The position numbers and the translations under genes are program-made. From positions 1-53,169 of the IMG/VR virus record IMGVR_UViG_3300032323_000656: DNA of 53,169 nt; one strand, written 5' to 3'. The notes below the pieces were generated by a model that made no database searches, was not told the DNA's origin, and worked only from the letters and a program-made list of their open reading frames with translations. Position 1 is the stretch's first letter; each line of letters opens with the position of its first letter. Of this stretch, positions 9,728 through 18,728 are shown one piece after another. The stretch is from a virus (taxonomy: Duplodnaviria > Caudoviricetes).

Positions 9728-10149
9728 CTGTTTTGCAACCTTTGTAGCAAACTTTGAATTTGTTTAACTTCCGGTTTGTTTTTATTCATCGGATCACTAA
9801 CCATTGCTTCTAAATCGTTTTGTTCATTGCCCTGCGGGCCATTTGGATTAGTTGGTTTGTTAGCTGTACTAGGCAAACTGCCTACAGTACCTTGTGGTTT
9901 AATTGTTTTAAATCCACTAGATCGCGCTCCGGTTGCTCCTACATATTCTTTAGCTACATTGAATCGAGGATCATGTTTACTTAAAATATTTCTAGCAGAA
10001 TCCATATCGTCTTTACTTACGTATGAAATTAAATCTAGTACTTCTGAAAATTTAAGTGAATTAGAAATACTAGCTATTTCAGAATCGCTGATTTCTCCGC
10101 TAGGGTCTGCGAATCTAATAATATCTGTTAAACTACGATCATCTGCCAT
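9724..10149 (-). CDS. Hypothetical protein
   Basis: 141 aa, AGGA RBS upstream. Confidence 0.6.
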   Translation of the reverse strand: MADDRSLTDIIRFADPSGEISDSEIASISNSLKFSEVLDLISYVSKDDMDSARNILSKHDPRFNVAKEYVGATGARSSGFKTIKPQGTVGSLPSTANKPTNPNGPQGNEQNDLEAMVSDPMNKNKPEVKQIQSLLQRLQNR

Positions 10150-10157
10150 ATGTGTTC

Positions 10158-10448
10158 CTATTTGTTTAGCATTTTTAATCGTTTACTCACCGGATTAAAT
10201 GCTTTTGTTCTCTTTGATTTTCTAACGATTCTAGCATTAAAGCGTTTTCTAATTCGCTTCATCTGAAATCTCTTCTTCATATTTATCGCTTTGGAACACG
10301 CACCAACGTTAGCAACTGTTCTGCCTTTTTTCTTGCCGCTGGTACAACGAATCATACGCTTTAATTTCTTGCCGCGTTTTGCCCATACTCTCTTAGCCTC
10401 TGTTAAAGGTTCTTCTGTGTCTTCAACGATGACTTCAAATTCGTTCAT
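10158..10448 (-). CDS. Highly basic protein, possibly prohead core (gp68-like)
   Basis: Acidic leader MNEFEVIVEDTEEPLTE followed by a K/R-rich body. Confidence 0.5.
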   Translation of the reverse strand: MNEFEVIVEDTEEPLTEAKRVWAKRGKKLKRMIRCTSGKKKGRTVANVGACSKAINMKKRFQMKRIRKRFNARIVRKSKRTKAFNPVSKRLKMLNK

Positions 10449-10762
10449 TTTAATACTGCCAAAATTTTAATTAAATCCGTGCCGTGAGCACTTATCCAAC
10501 CAACTGCAACTAAAACACCTGCAACTGTAAATGTCCAACGATCTTTTAATTTTTCCATGGCTGCAATTTTTTTAGACATCTCACCATGTTGAGCATTGCT
10601 GGCTAAGAGCATTTCATCTAATTTTAGCTTAAGATCATCCCTAGTTTTATCAAGACAATCATGCATATCTTTAACATCGATTTTTAAATCGTCTAATTTA
10701 CTGTCAAGATTTTCTACTTTAGTCTCGACTATTCCTAGCCGTTCTGCTACCGCCTTCACCAT
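10445..10762 (-). CDS. Coiled-coil protein with C-terminal transmembrane helix (XhlA/holin-like architecture)
   Basis: Start reassigned to ATG 10762 with AAGGAG RBS; heptad region followed by hydrophobic WTFTVAGVLVAVGWI. Confidence 0.55.
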   Translation of the reverse strand: MVKAVAERLGIVETKVENLDSKLDDLKIDVKDMHDCLDKTRDDLKLKLDEMLLASNAQHGEMSKKIAAMEKLKDRWTFTVAGVLVAVGWISAHGTDLIKILAVLK

Positions 10763-10887
10763 TAACACTATCTCCTTTATTTGTAATGTTGTTTTTTTTG
10801 TTAGATAAAATAAATGCCAAAGGATGTGCCAAACTTGTTGGTAATACATTTCTGTATTACCTTTAGATGCCTAAATTTTTATATTTG

Positions 10888-10895
10888 TATTTATA
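10888..10895 (-). promoter_or_regulatory. T4-like late promoter TATAAATA
   Basis: Perfect T4 late consensus, lying within the inverted repeat ATTTGTAT-TT-ATACAAAT. Confidence 0.7.
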
Positions 10896-10899
10896 CAAA

Positions 10900-11346
10900 T
10901 CACAAACTATCGTTGCGATAAAAATAGATATTTTTTTGACCTGCGTCGTTAGTTTCAAATACATTTGCGTCAAAAACTGCTGTTTCGTCAAGGTCGTCAT
11001 AGATCGGTAAACCGTCTGCGTCTCTAACTAAAGATGCAACGGTGATACTGCCGACTCTTTCACTGGCGAATCGCAACAACCATATATTATGATTGCCTGA
11101 AAAATCTGCGCCAAATTCATAATCTTCTAAATCGGCAGCAACTAATTTTTCTACACTAGATAATATTGGCTGACTGCCTAAACTAATGGCCTGTAATAGC
11201 ACATTTAAATTTTGTGCTTGTTCGTAGACTTTCCCGGCTGTTGGATCATATATACCTGAATCTGTAATATCCACTAATGTATAGCAAGTAAAGTACTCTA
11301 TATTGCCGCCGATTACTTCGCCGGTTCTTCCTGTTGAATTTCCCAT
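10900..11346 (-). CDS. Hypothetical virion protein
   Basis: 148 aa; AGGAG RBS; TAAATA upstream (~11365-11370). Confidence 0.6.
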   Translation of the reverse strand: MGNSTGRTGEVIGGNIEYFTCYTLVDITDSGIYDPTAGKVYEQAQNLNVLLQAISLGSQPILSSVEKLVAADLEDYEFGADFSGNHNIWLLRFASERVGSITVASLVRDADGLPIYDDLDETAVFDANVFETNDAGQKNIYFYRNDSL

Positions 11347-11400
11347 ATTAATTCTCCTATGCTGTATTTAACCATCTAATACAAAAGTTTTAGTCAAAAG

Positions 11401-11427
11401 AAAAGCCGCAGTCTGACTGCGGCTTTT
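11401..11427 (-). terminator. Rho-independent terminator (potentially bidirectional)
   Basis: Perfect inverted repeat AAAAGCCGCAGTC-T-GACTGCGGCTTTT downstream of 11455..11694. Confidence 0.85.
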
Positions 11428-11454
11428 CACCTTGAACTAATTACATTCTAAAAA

Positions 11455-11694
11455 TTAGAATGCTACGTTACCTACTGTGAAACCATCAACATCAGTTACG
11501 TCTGCACCTTCGATGATCATGTTAACAACATCGCTAGTACCGGCTGTGAAAGCACCGATAGCTGTGATTGTGCTTGTTAACTGAACTGTCTTAACTAAAT
11601 CATTCAACTCTGCCTGAGTGATGTTTGTCTTAGCAAAAGACTTGATGAATACGGTACGACCGATTGCTGAAAATGGGGCTGCATTTTGTGCCAT
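11455..11694 (-). CDS. Small virion protein (capsid decoration-like)
   Basis: 79 aa, A/G/T/V-rich; own late promoter, AGGAG RBS and strong terminator suggest high expression. Confidence 0.55.
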   Translation of the reverse strand: MAQNAAPFSAIGRTVFIKSFAKTNITQAELNDLVKTVQLTSTITAIGAFTAGTSDVVNMIIEGADVTDVDGFTVGNVAF

Positions 11695-11774
11695 AATAAA
11701 ATTCTCCTAATTTGTTTTTTCGAAAGTTAATCTTTCTTAAGTTTATTTATCTTCGCTATACATTAATACACTAT

Positions 11775-12545
11775 TTAATGCTTGTTTTTTGGACCGGTTA
11801 ATGCATAACCTAACTTATATCCTGCTACTAATGCTGCCGCAGGAGCTAATGTTGATAGCCAGCCCTGTTTTCCTGCTTGGGGCTTTTCGCCATAACCCAG
11901 ATTAGCAAGTTCTGCATCAATAGGTGCATTTAGTTTGTACCCTTTAGTTTTTCCTAGATCCTCTAAAAACACTGCCATTTCGCTACGTTTAGCAAATTTA
12001 TGATAGTATTGTAGCATACGAGCAATTACTAATTCTCGCTGCATGTCGTTGATAGCTGGCCAATCCTGTGCTAGTCTGCGAATACTTTTTAGTTTACTAT
12101 CTGTAATGTTTAGCTGTTTTTCCAGGCGTAATAGCAATACACTAGCATCTTCTTTTCTTAGACTTCCGTCTGCTAACAAGTCCAAATAACGTTTTACTGT
12201 AGGTGTATGTATTGTTAATTTTTTTCTAAGTAATTCATCTGCTTCAGGATTTTGATGTATTTTTTTACTAAAAATACTGTCTGGATTAGCTAGTATATTT
12301 AGGCTAGTATATAAGTCTGTACCAGCTAATCTTGGGCGCACAAAGTTTCTATAGCCTATAGTTTTATCTGCATAATTTTTTGATACTGCCGCAGTTTCAT
12401 ATTCGTTTTGTAATATAAACAACGAAATTAAATCCAAAAAAGCAAAATCACTGACATTTCTTAGATTGAGATTGGCAGTGTTTGCTCTGTATTGTCTACT
12501 TTCTACAAGCAAGTCCCAACCTGATAAATGTTCAAAGTCTTCCAT
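11775..12545 (-). CDS. Hypothetical protein
   Basis: 256-aa ORF with a hydrophobic C-terminal segment. Confidence 0.65.
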   Translation of the reverse strand: MEDFEHLSGWDLLVESRQYRANTANLNLRNVSDFAFLDLISLFILQNEYETAAVSKNYADKTIGYRNFVRPRLAGTDLYTSLNILANPDSIFSKKIHQNPEADELLRKKLTIHTPTVKRYLDLLADGSLRKEDASVLLLRLEKQLNITDSKLKSIRRLAQDWPAINDMQRELVIARMLQYYHKFAKRSEMAVFLEDLGKTKGYKLNAPIDAELANLGYGEKPQAGKQGWLSTLAPAAALVAGYKLGYALTGPKNKH

Positions 12546-12792
12546 TATTTGCTTCTTTAATTTGTTTAATTCCTCTTCGGAATTTCATTTCATCGCCAGT
12601 TTTTAAACTGTTGAATAAACGCTTTAATAAATCTTCACTTTGCTCTTGGTTAAAATTCTCTTGTATATACTCAACAAGATACCGTGTACTCGCAATGACA
12701 TTTACGGCTTTGTTTTCTACAAAACTTTCTCTGTCTCTTTGCGGTACAATATTTGTAATTTCTTCAAGTAAAGAACGTGTTTGTTTACGCAC
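12532..12792 (-). CDS. Hypothetical protein
   Basis: 86 aa, GTG start, late promoter upstream. Confidence 0.6.
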   Translation of the reverse strand: MRKQTRSLLEEITNIVPQRDRESFVENKAVNVIASTRYLVEYIQENFNQEQSEDLLKRLFNSLKTGDEMKFRRGIKQIKEANNGRL

Positions 12793-12813
12793 TATTATAG
12801 TCCATCCTTATAA

Positions 12814-12833
12814 TTATTTATCCAGATAAATAA
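12814..12833. promoter_or_regulatory. Back-to-back divergent late promoters (GATAAATA on each strand)
   Basis: TTATTTATC-CA-GATAAATAA palindrome between divergent genes. Confidence 0.65.
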
Positions 12834-12855
12834 AGTTAACAGTGGAGAAATCAAC

Positions 12856-13311
12856 ATGATAATGTCAAGTACAAATTTTAATATGGGCACAGTTTTAAAC
12901 AAACTAAGAGCCATCGAAGAAGCAGGCACAGCAGCCAATCACGATCCTGAAATGACCGGAGCAGGTAAGGAAATTGATAATGGTAGCTTTACACGAACAA
13001 TGAGTCGTTTGGCTGCTATTAAAGATGCAGTAGGAGAAGACCATTACAATGATTTAAAAGCAGGTGTACGTGCCATGTATATGAATCGTAGACCAAACTT
13101 AAATCAAATGACTGCATTAATGGATTTGCTAGAAACTGTATTAGCATACGTTGCAGAAGACAATGCTTTATTCCAAAGACTTAAATCCGATTTAAATCAA
13201 GGTGCTAAGGATGCTGCAACTGCAACAACTAATGAGCCTGCTCCAGAAATAGGCGCTCCGGCCACTGCCGAACCTGTTCAACAGCAACCTGAGATGCGCG
13301 GCTTAAAATAA
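12856..13311 (+). CDS. Hypothetical protein (probable virion/prohead)
   Basis: 151 aa, GGAG RBS, late promoter; P/A/E-rich tail. Confidence 0.65.
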   Translation: MIMSSTNFNMGTVLNKLRAIEEAGTAANHDPEMTGAGKEIDNGSFTRTMSRLAAIKDAVGEDHYNDLKAGVRAMYMNRRPNLNQMTALMDLLETVLAYVAEDNALFQRLKSDLNQGAKDAATATTNEPAPEIGAPATAEPVQQQPEMRGLK

Positions 13312-14781
13312 TTAACTCTTTTTAAGAATATTTGCTAGCTTATTACTACTGTCCATTGTTCTAATCGAAATGGACGGTTCTGCTTTAGGCTTAGCTGATA
13401 TATCAAATCCATCCTTGGGCTTGGCTTTAGCCCATGGAGCAGTAGTTACATCCAATGGCCCACTAGTAGACTCTGTTTGTGCTTGACGACGAAGTCTATC
13501 ATGTAATACATCTGCTGTAGTAGGTGCTTCTGGACTATCTTCATCCAAATCTGTAATACGCAAACTGGTTGTATTAAACTCTAGTTCAATCTTTGTACCT
13601 ACAGCACTACTCGAACGTGTCTTCATAAACTGCAATTGAACTCTGCCACGCTCACGCATTGTCATACTGTTAAAGATACCAATAACGTTGTCAGCAGTTT
13701 GAATCTTACTCAAACCACCACTAATATGGCTGTGGTCAAACTCGACACTTTCAACTGCACCTCTATTCAACTGACTTGCTGTACAGAATAAGAATCCGCC
13801 TTGCACAGCCATTGCTCTAAGTTCTTCCGATACATACTTGTCTTTAATAAAAGTATTTTCTGCCGAGATCTTAACAGACACTGGCGTCATCAAATCGAGG
13901 TAGTCAACTACAATAAAGTCAATTTTATTATTATGTTGTATTTGGAATTCTTTAATCCAAGACTTTAAATCATTAACAGTAATGCCTGCGGTAAGTTGTA
14001 CAATTTGTAACTTACCTGCTTTCTTGCCTTTCATCTTAATGTTAAGGTCGACTTCGTCAATGTTCTTGTAAATATCTTTAGTTGCAATGCCCATAAGCAT
14101 AGCATCCATACGCATACTACACAAGCCTTCACTAAGTTCAAGACTAAAGTAAACGCCATTAAGTCCTTGTAAACTCCAATTCAATGCCAAGTTCTGTAAA
14201 AACAAACTTTTACCTGCACCTGAGCCACCTGCAAAAATATTGAGTTCGCCTCTGTTAAATCCGCCGTACAACTTTTCGTCAATGGTCTTCCAACCTGTGC
14301 TAGTACCGCCATTTTGATTCTTAAGTAACATTAGTCGACCCATAGGATCTGCGTAATAGTCTGTACCAAAGCTCTTTGGTAAGCCAATGTTACTAGCATC
14401 CTTAATTAACTTCTCGACTTCACCATAACGCTGTTTATCTAGCAAGTCGGCACTGGCAAGAATAGCTTTCTCCAGTGCTTTGTGTCTAGCAAACTGTTCA
14501 AACTCTGTTAAGAACCATTCCTTATGACCAGCGGCTTCTCCGGGAATAACTCTTAGCTCTGTGTCTGTTACGGCTTTAATCTGCTCAATCGTAGGACAGT
14601 CGCTATACTTACTAGCATACTCTTTAATAAACTCTGCTGTTGATTGCAGACTTCTGCTAAAGTAGCTGCCTTCCAACACGTTTTGACAACGACTCAACAG
14701 TTCTTTATCACTAACAAGAAATTCTAAAAACAACTTTTGTAAATCTACACTGTACTCTTTTACTTCATTACTCATTGACAA
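13312..14781 (-). CDS. Replicative DNA helicase, DnaB/gp41-like
   Basis: Walker A GGSGAGKS, SLEL, VVDYLDL, TASQLNR, KTR motifs. Confidence 0.95.
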   Translation of the reverse strand: MSMSNEVKEYSVDLQKLFLEFLVSDKELLSRCQNVLEGSYFSRSLQSTAEFIKEYASKYSDCPTIEQIKAVTDTELRVIPGEAAGHKEWFLTEFEQFARHKALEKAILASADLLDKQRYGEVEKLIKDASNIGLPKSFGTDYYADPMGRLMLLKNQNGGTSTGWKTIDEKLYGGFNRGELNIFAGGSGAGKSLFLQNLALNWSLQGLNGVYFSLELSEGLCSMRMDAMLMGIATKDIYKNIDEVDLNIKMKGKKAGKLQIVQLTAGITVNDLKSWIKEFQIQHNNKIDFIVVDYLDLMTPVSVKISAENTFIKDKYVSEELRAMAVQGGFLFCTASQLNRGAVESVEFDHSHISGGLSKIQTADNVIGIFNSMTMRERGRVQLQFMKTRSSSAVGTKIELEFNTTSLRITDLDEDSPEAPTTADVLHDRLRRQAQTESTSGPLDVTTAPWAKAKPKDGFDISAKPKAEPSISIRTMDSSNKLANILKKS

Positions 14782-15746
14782 TATCTCTTTCCCATTAATC
14801 TTATTTTTGTTGGACTATGCTCTGCGGCCTGTAGTATGCTGTGAATAGCAAACAAACGTCCATATTTCATTACTGCATCACTGACGTCTTTGCAGTTTTC
14901 CCACTCAGGGAAACTAACACTCCAGCCATAATCTGCGGCACGTTCTACTAAATCTCTACCAGCTTTATCTGCATCTGGAATCACGATAGGTTCTATATTT
15001 AAGTCTTCTATCAGTTGTGCTTGATGATCACTTAAATTATTACTACCAATGCTTAATCCACTGGTCAGTAGTGCATCCATTTCACCCTCTGTAACTATAA
15101 CAAACTGTCTATTATCTCTTTGATTGTCTAAACCAAATATATAGTCTGCCGGTGCTTTCTTATAATACTTAGAAAACTTAGCAGGCAATTCCCCTACAAT
15201 ATGTCTACTTTGAAAGCCCACTAATCTGTTTTCATATGTTAAAGGTAGTATTGCTCTATTGTTTAAACCTGCATATGTTGTATCTGTTTCAAGCCATACT
15301 GCAAGATCGTAAACTTGTCTGTGTTTTAAGTATTCTATTTTACTAGGATCTTCGATAGGTCGTACATCAAATCCTAGCTCATAGTTGGGCCAATCAGGAG
15401 TCCAAGTTGGTTCTGGTTCTCTGCTTACTAATGTTTCTACATCTGCTTGACTTAGTAGTTCTAAGTTTAGACGTTGTACTTCTGCTTCATCAAAACCCAA
15501 TTGACGCATAAGTTTACGCATCTTAAAGCTAAGAGTTCTTCCTGGTGTCCAGCTTGTTTTGAAGTTGCAGTTAAAGCAATGATAACTGACTGCTCCATCT
15601 GGATTAAACATCGTACCGCCGCGACGTTTGGTATCGGGGCGAGCTTGCCCGTTAACCACGCACATTGGACAGTTGAAACTGATCCAACCCTTGGGGCTAG
15701 GTCTTCCATTTATGCGTGATTGTAATAATGTTTGTAAGGCCGACAT
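14772..15746 (-). CDS. DNA primase (gp61/DnaG-like)
   Basis: N-terminal Zn finger CPMC...CFNC; TOPRIM motifs EGEMDA, PDADKAG, KDVSD. Confidence 0.92.
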   Translation of the reverse strand: MSALQTLLQSRINGRPSPKGWISFNCPMCVVNGQARPDTKRRGGTMFNPDGAVSYHCFNCNFKTSWTPGRTLSFKMRKLMRQLGFDEAEVQRLNLELLSQADVETLVSREPEPTWTPDWPNYELGFDVRPIEDPSKIEYLKHRQVYDLAVWLETDTTYAGLNNRAILPLTYENRLVGFQSRHIVGELPAKFSKYYKKAPADYIFGLDNQRDNRQFVIVTEGEMDALLTSGLSIGSNNLSDHQAQLIEDLNIEPIVIPDADKAGRDLVERAADYGWSVSFPEWENCKDVSDAVMKYGRLFAIHSILQAAEHSPTKIRLMGKRYCQ

Positions 15747-15755
15747 GACCTTACT

Positions 15756-15784
15756 ATTTTAACTTCTATAGATAACTCTGTCAA
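15756..15784 (-). promoter_or_regulatory. sigma70-type promoter TTGACA-N17-TAAAAT for primase-helicase
   Basis: Hexamers at 15779-15784 and 15756-15761. Confidence 0.65.
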
Positions 15785-16580
15785 CTGTTCCGGTGTTATC
15801 GCTATCTGGAGTATACATTATTTTTACCCAACGAGCATTGGATATAAAATTCCAACCTTCTATCGTTCCGTCTGGCCAACGATCATTTGGTCTTATGGAA
15901 TAACCATATGGTGGTAAGAAAATAATATCAGTAGCATCGTTAATAAACCTAACTGGGAAATAATTTCCGCCACTATCATAATCCAAACTTACCAATGCAG
16001 AAACTTTGCCTTTGAAGTTAGTAACTTTGATTTGTATAGTATGCAACAAGCTAGTATCGTTCTTTTGCAAGTTACCCGGAAGTGCTTGACTCACCCAACT
16101 ATTACCAAGTTGACTAAATGTTAAATCAACGCTAGGAATATACTTTGGATATGCACCATCGCATAATTCTAATTCTAATGTAACTCTTCGGTTATTATCG
16201 GTGTATAAACTTTTAGCTTGGCCACTTTCGTCGTATACCACTGCACTAAGTTGATAAATTCCTGGATCCATGTCAATTAAATCACTGCTGAACACAGTAA
16301 ACTCGCAAAATCCATTTTCAGCATTTACAATAGTTGCTCTGCGCTGAACTATTAATTCGCCATTGCGAACTTGCATTATATTAACCATAACTGTTTTACC
16401 CAATAAGCTAACTGGCTTGCGATCCTGGTTTTTAATGTCAAATCCCAGCGTATTGTCTACGCCTTTATAAATTGTTTTTCTAGTCGTATTAAATGGCATG
16501 TTTTGTGTCCTGCTGTATCCTTCTGCATATATTAAAGTTGTGCGTTGCGGATAGCTTAGTAATGTAAATGTATCGCTCAT
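15759..16580 (-). CDS. Beta-rich virion protein (BppU-like baseplate/Ig-like domain)
   Basis: IYKGVDNTLGFDIKNQD..PVSL.G and DPGIYQLS patterns; late promoter upstream. Confidence 0.5.
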   Translation of the reverse strand: MSDTFTLLSYPQRTTLIYAEGYSRTQNMPFNTTRKTIYKGVDNTLGFDIKNQDRKPVSLLGKTVMVNIMQVRNGELIVQRRATIVNAENGFCEFTVFSSDLIDMDPGIYQLSAVVYDESGQAKSLYTDNNRRVTLELELCDGAYPKYIPSVDLTFSQLGNSWVSQALPGNLQKNDTSLLHTIQIKVTNFKGKVSALVSLDYDSGGNYFPVRFINDATDIIFLPPYGYSIRPNDRWPDGTIEGWNFISNARWVKIMYTPDSDNTGTVDRVIYRS

Positions 16581-16631
16581 AGTTATATTTATTTAATTTT
16601 ATCGAATTGAATCTTTGGCTAAATATTACCG

Positions 16632-17000
16632 ATGGCAAACCATAATGAAATATTAGAAAAATTTCCCTTTTTATGTCTATGTAGGGCAGGAGAAGAAGAA
16701 ATTGTAGGTATAATACAAAATTACACCGCGACTCTGGCCAGCATATACGTCTTAAACGTACTAAATTGCACAGAAGATAAAGCAGAATTTTTAGAATGCG
16801 GAGAAGAATGGTGGTGGGGTAGTAATAGACAGCTACCAATAAACTTAGTAATAGGACCAAAGTTTAAGAAATTTAGTTACTGCCTTAGAACTTACAACGT
16901 CAAAGATTTCGAAATAATGCACGGCGAAGCAGTTAGCTTGCAAAATATTATCACTAAACGAATCAAACGCAGACAAATTCAATTAGTCCAAAAACTGTAA
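16632..17000 (+). CDS. Hypothetical protein
   Basis: 122 aa; TAAATA at 16620-16625. Confidence 0.65.
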   Translation: MANHNEILEKFPFLCLCRAGEEEIVGIIQNYTATLASIYVLNVLNCTEDKAEFLECGEEWWWGSNRQLPINLVIGPKFKKFSYCLRTYNVKDFEIMHGEAVSLQNIITKRIKRRQIQLVQKL

Positions 17001-17018
17001 TTTTTCGATAAGTATATT

Positions 17019-17729
17019 ATGCTAGAAATAATATACCTCCTCATCGTAACACATATCACCATCGTTGCTGTTACTTGCTTTTTACATAGAAGCCAAGCAC
17101 ATAAATCAGTAACATTTCATCCCATAATTAATCACTTCTTTAGACTATGGCTATGGTTAACTACCGGCATGATTACTAAACAATGGGTCGCTATACATCG
17201 TAAACATCATAGCACGACTGATAAAGAAGGTGATCCGCATAGCCCGCATGTACATGGAATATGGAACATTGTACTACGTGGAGTTTACTATTATTATATT
17301 GCCGGGAGAAATAGTAAAATGATTGTGAACTTTGGTAGAGGAACTCCTGACGATTGGATAGAACGTAAAATATACACTCCATACAATTATGCAGGAGTTA
17401 CTATAATGTTGCTGATAAATTTATTTGTATTTGGCTGGCTTGGTTTTGTTATATGGGGTATCCAAATGATTTGGATACCATTTTGGGCTGCTGGTATTAT
17501 AAACGGTCTTGGGCACTGGTCAGGATATCGTAATGGTGAGACTAAAGATCGAAGTACGAACTTACTTCCATTAGGCATATGGATCGGCGGAGAAGAACTA
17601 CACAATAACCATCACTTGAGTCCTGCTAGTGCAAAATTAAGCAAGAAATGGTTTGAATTTGATATAGGCTGGTTTTATATTAAAACACTTAGCTTGTTAG
17701 GACTGGCCACTGTTAACACTGTACACTAA
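17019..17729 (+). CDS. Membrane fatty-acid (acyl-CoA delta-9-like) desaturase
   Basis: His boxes HRSQAH, HRKHH, HNNHH; DPHSP; transmembrane segments. Confidence 0.93.
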   Translation: MLEIIYLLIVTHITIVAVTCFLHRSQAHKSVTFHPIINHFFRLWLWLTTGMITKQWVAIHRKHHSTTDKEGDPHSPHVHGIWNIVLRGVYYYYIAGRNSKMIVNFGRGTPDDWIERKIYTPYNYAGVTIMLLINLFVFGWLGFVIWGIQMIWIPFWAAGIINGLGHWSGYRNGETKDRSTNLLPLGIWIGGEELHNNHHLSPASAKLSKKWFEFDIGWFYIKTLSLLGLATVNTVH

Positions 17730-18275
17730 TTGATTGAGCTGTAGCACAATCGCAGCCGCATATCCTATAGCATGTGACTTCTTAAAACTGTAAACATCTT
17801 CAGTTTTAGTCCACACTTCACTTTCGATGTCAGTCCAGCTACGCCCAATTAAATGCTTTTTGCCTGGACGAATGACTGCCAATACCATAGCAAGTTGTTC
17901 AATGCTACGTGGCTTCATTCTAATAACTGTATCGCTGTGATTATGAATATGGAATAGTTGTTGTATAACTTCTTTATGCTCGAGCAATTCCCATATAGGT
18001 TCTTTGTTTAATAAATCATCGATTTGTTCATTGCTTTTAAAGTTTCCATATATACCTACGTTTAATAAGTCTATTTTAAACCAGCCGGCACTGTCTGCCT
18101 GTTTATAGTCTAATGTACACAACCCGGTAAAAGGATTTGTAGGTACGCGATGAAAATACACTCCAGTATTATGCTTACGTTCTTTGTTACCGTCTTTTTG
18201 CATAGCGGCGGTATGCTCAATCATACTTAAGATTTGCTCTCTATTAGCAAAGTCAATATCAACATCAAAGCTCAA
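17697..18275 (-). CDS. Miniature DNA polymerase III alpha (DnaE/family C)-like protein
   Basis: DVDIDF, HNTGVY, GWFKIDLL, KPRS...LAVIRPG and FKKSHAIGYA map onto DnaE palm/finger motifs in only 192 aa. Confidence 0.8.
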   Translation of the reverse strand: MSFDVDIDFANREQILSMIEHTAAMQKDGNKERKHNTGVYFHRVPTNPFTGLCTLDYKQADSAGWFKIDLLNVGIYGNFKSNEQIDDLLNKEPIWELLEHKEVIQQLFHIHNHSDTVIRMKPRSIEQLAMVLAVIRPGKKHLIGRSWTDIESEVWTKTEDVYSFKKSHAIGYAAAIVLQLNQLVYSVNSGQS

Positions 18276-18502
18276 TGTAACACCCTCAATTCGTATGGCT
18301 CAATAATATTTTTCTTATTTAAAATTCTTTCAACCAATTGATCATATTCACTGTCACTTAACACAGACTTGTACAGTCCTAATGATTGATTCAACATTAC
18401 ACCTGCAACCGTCAAAGGATCATAATTATCCTTTAGTAATTTTTCAATTACAATCATAACTTCGTGATAAGCATTTTCTATATTTGTATTCTGTTTACTC
18501 AT
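18272..18502 (-). CDS. Hypothetical protein
   Basis: 76-aa ORF coupled to both neighbours. Confidence 0.6.
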   Translation of the reverse strand: MSKQNTNIENAYHEVMIVIEKLLKDNYDPLTVAGVMLNQSLGLYKSVLSDSEYDQLVERILNKKNIIEPYELRVLH

Positions 18503-18728
18503 TGTTCATCCTGGCGGCTCTATTAGCTTTGTTGTCAGTAACATACAGTTTTTGCTCCAATACTGCAACTTTTTTCAGCAACCGTTGATAGGATTCGGCA
18601 GTTGGTACAACTACTCGGTCTCCGTTCATTTCTATCTCAACCATGTCGTTGATTAGTCTAACTCTGGCTTCTTGTACTTGTCGGCTTTTTAGCAATACAG
18701 GAACTGTTCGTTGTTTATACTGATTCAT
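18495..18728 (-). CDS. Hypothetical protein
   Basis: 77-aa ORF with a coiled-coil C-terminus. Confidence 0.6.
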   Translation of the reverse strand: MNQYKQRTVPVLLKSRQVQEARVRLINDMVEIEMNGDRVVVPTAESYQRLLKKVAVLEQKLYVTDNKANRAARMNNE

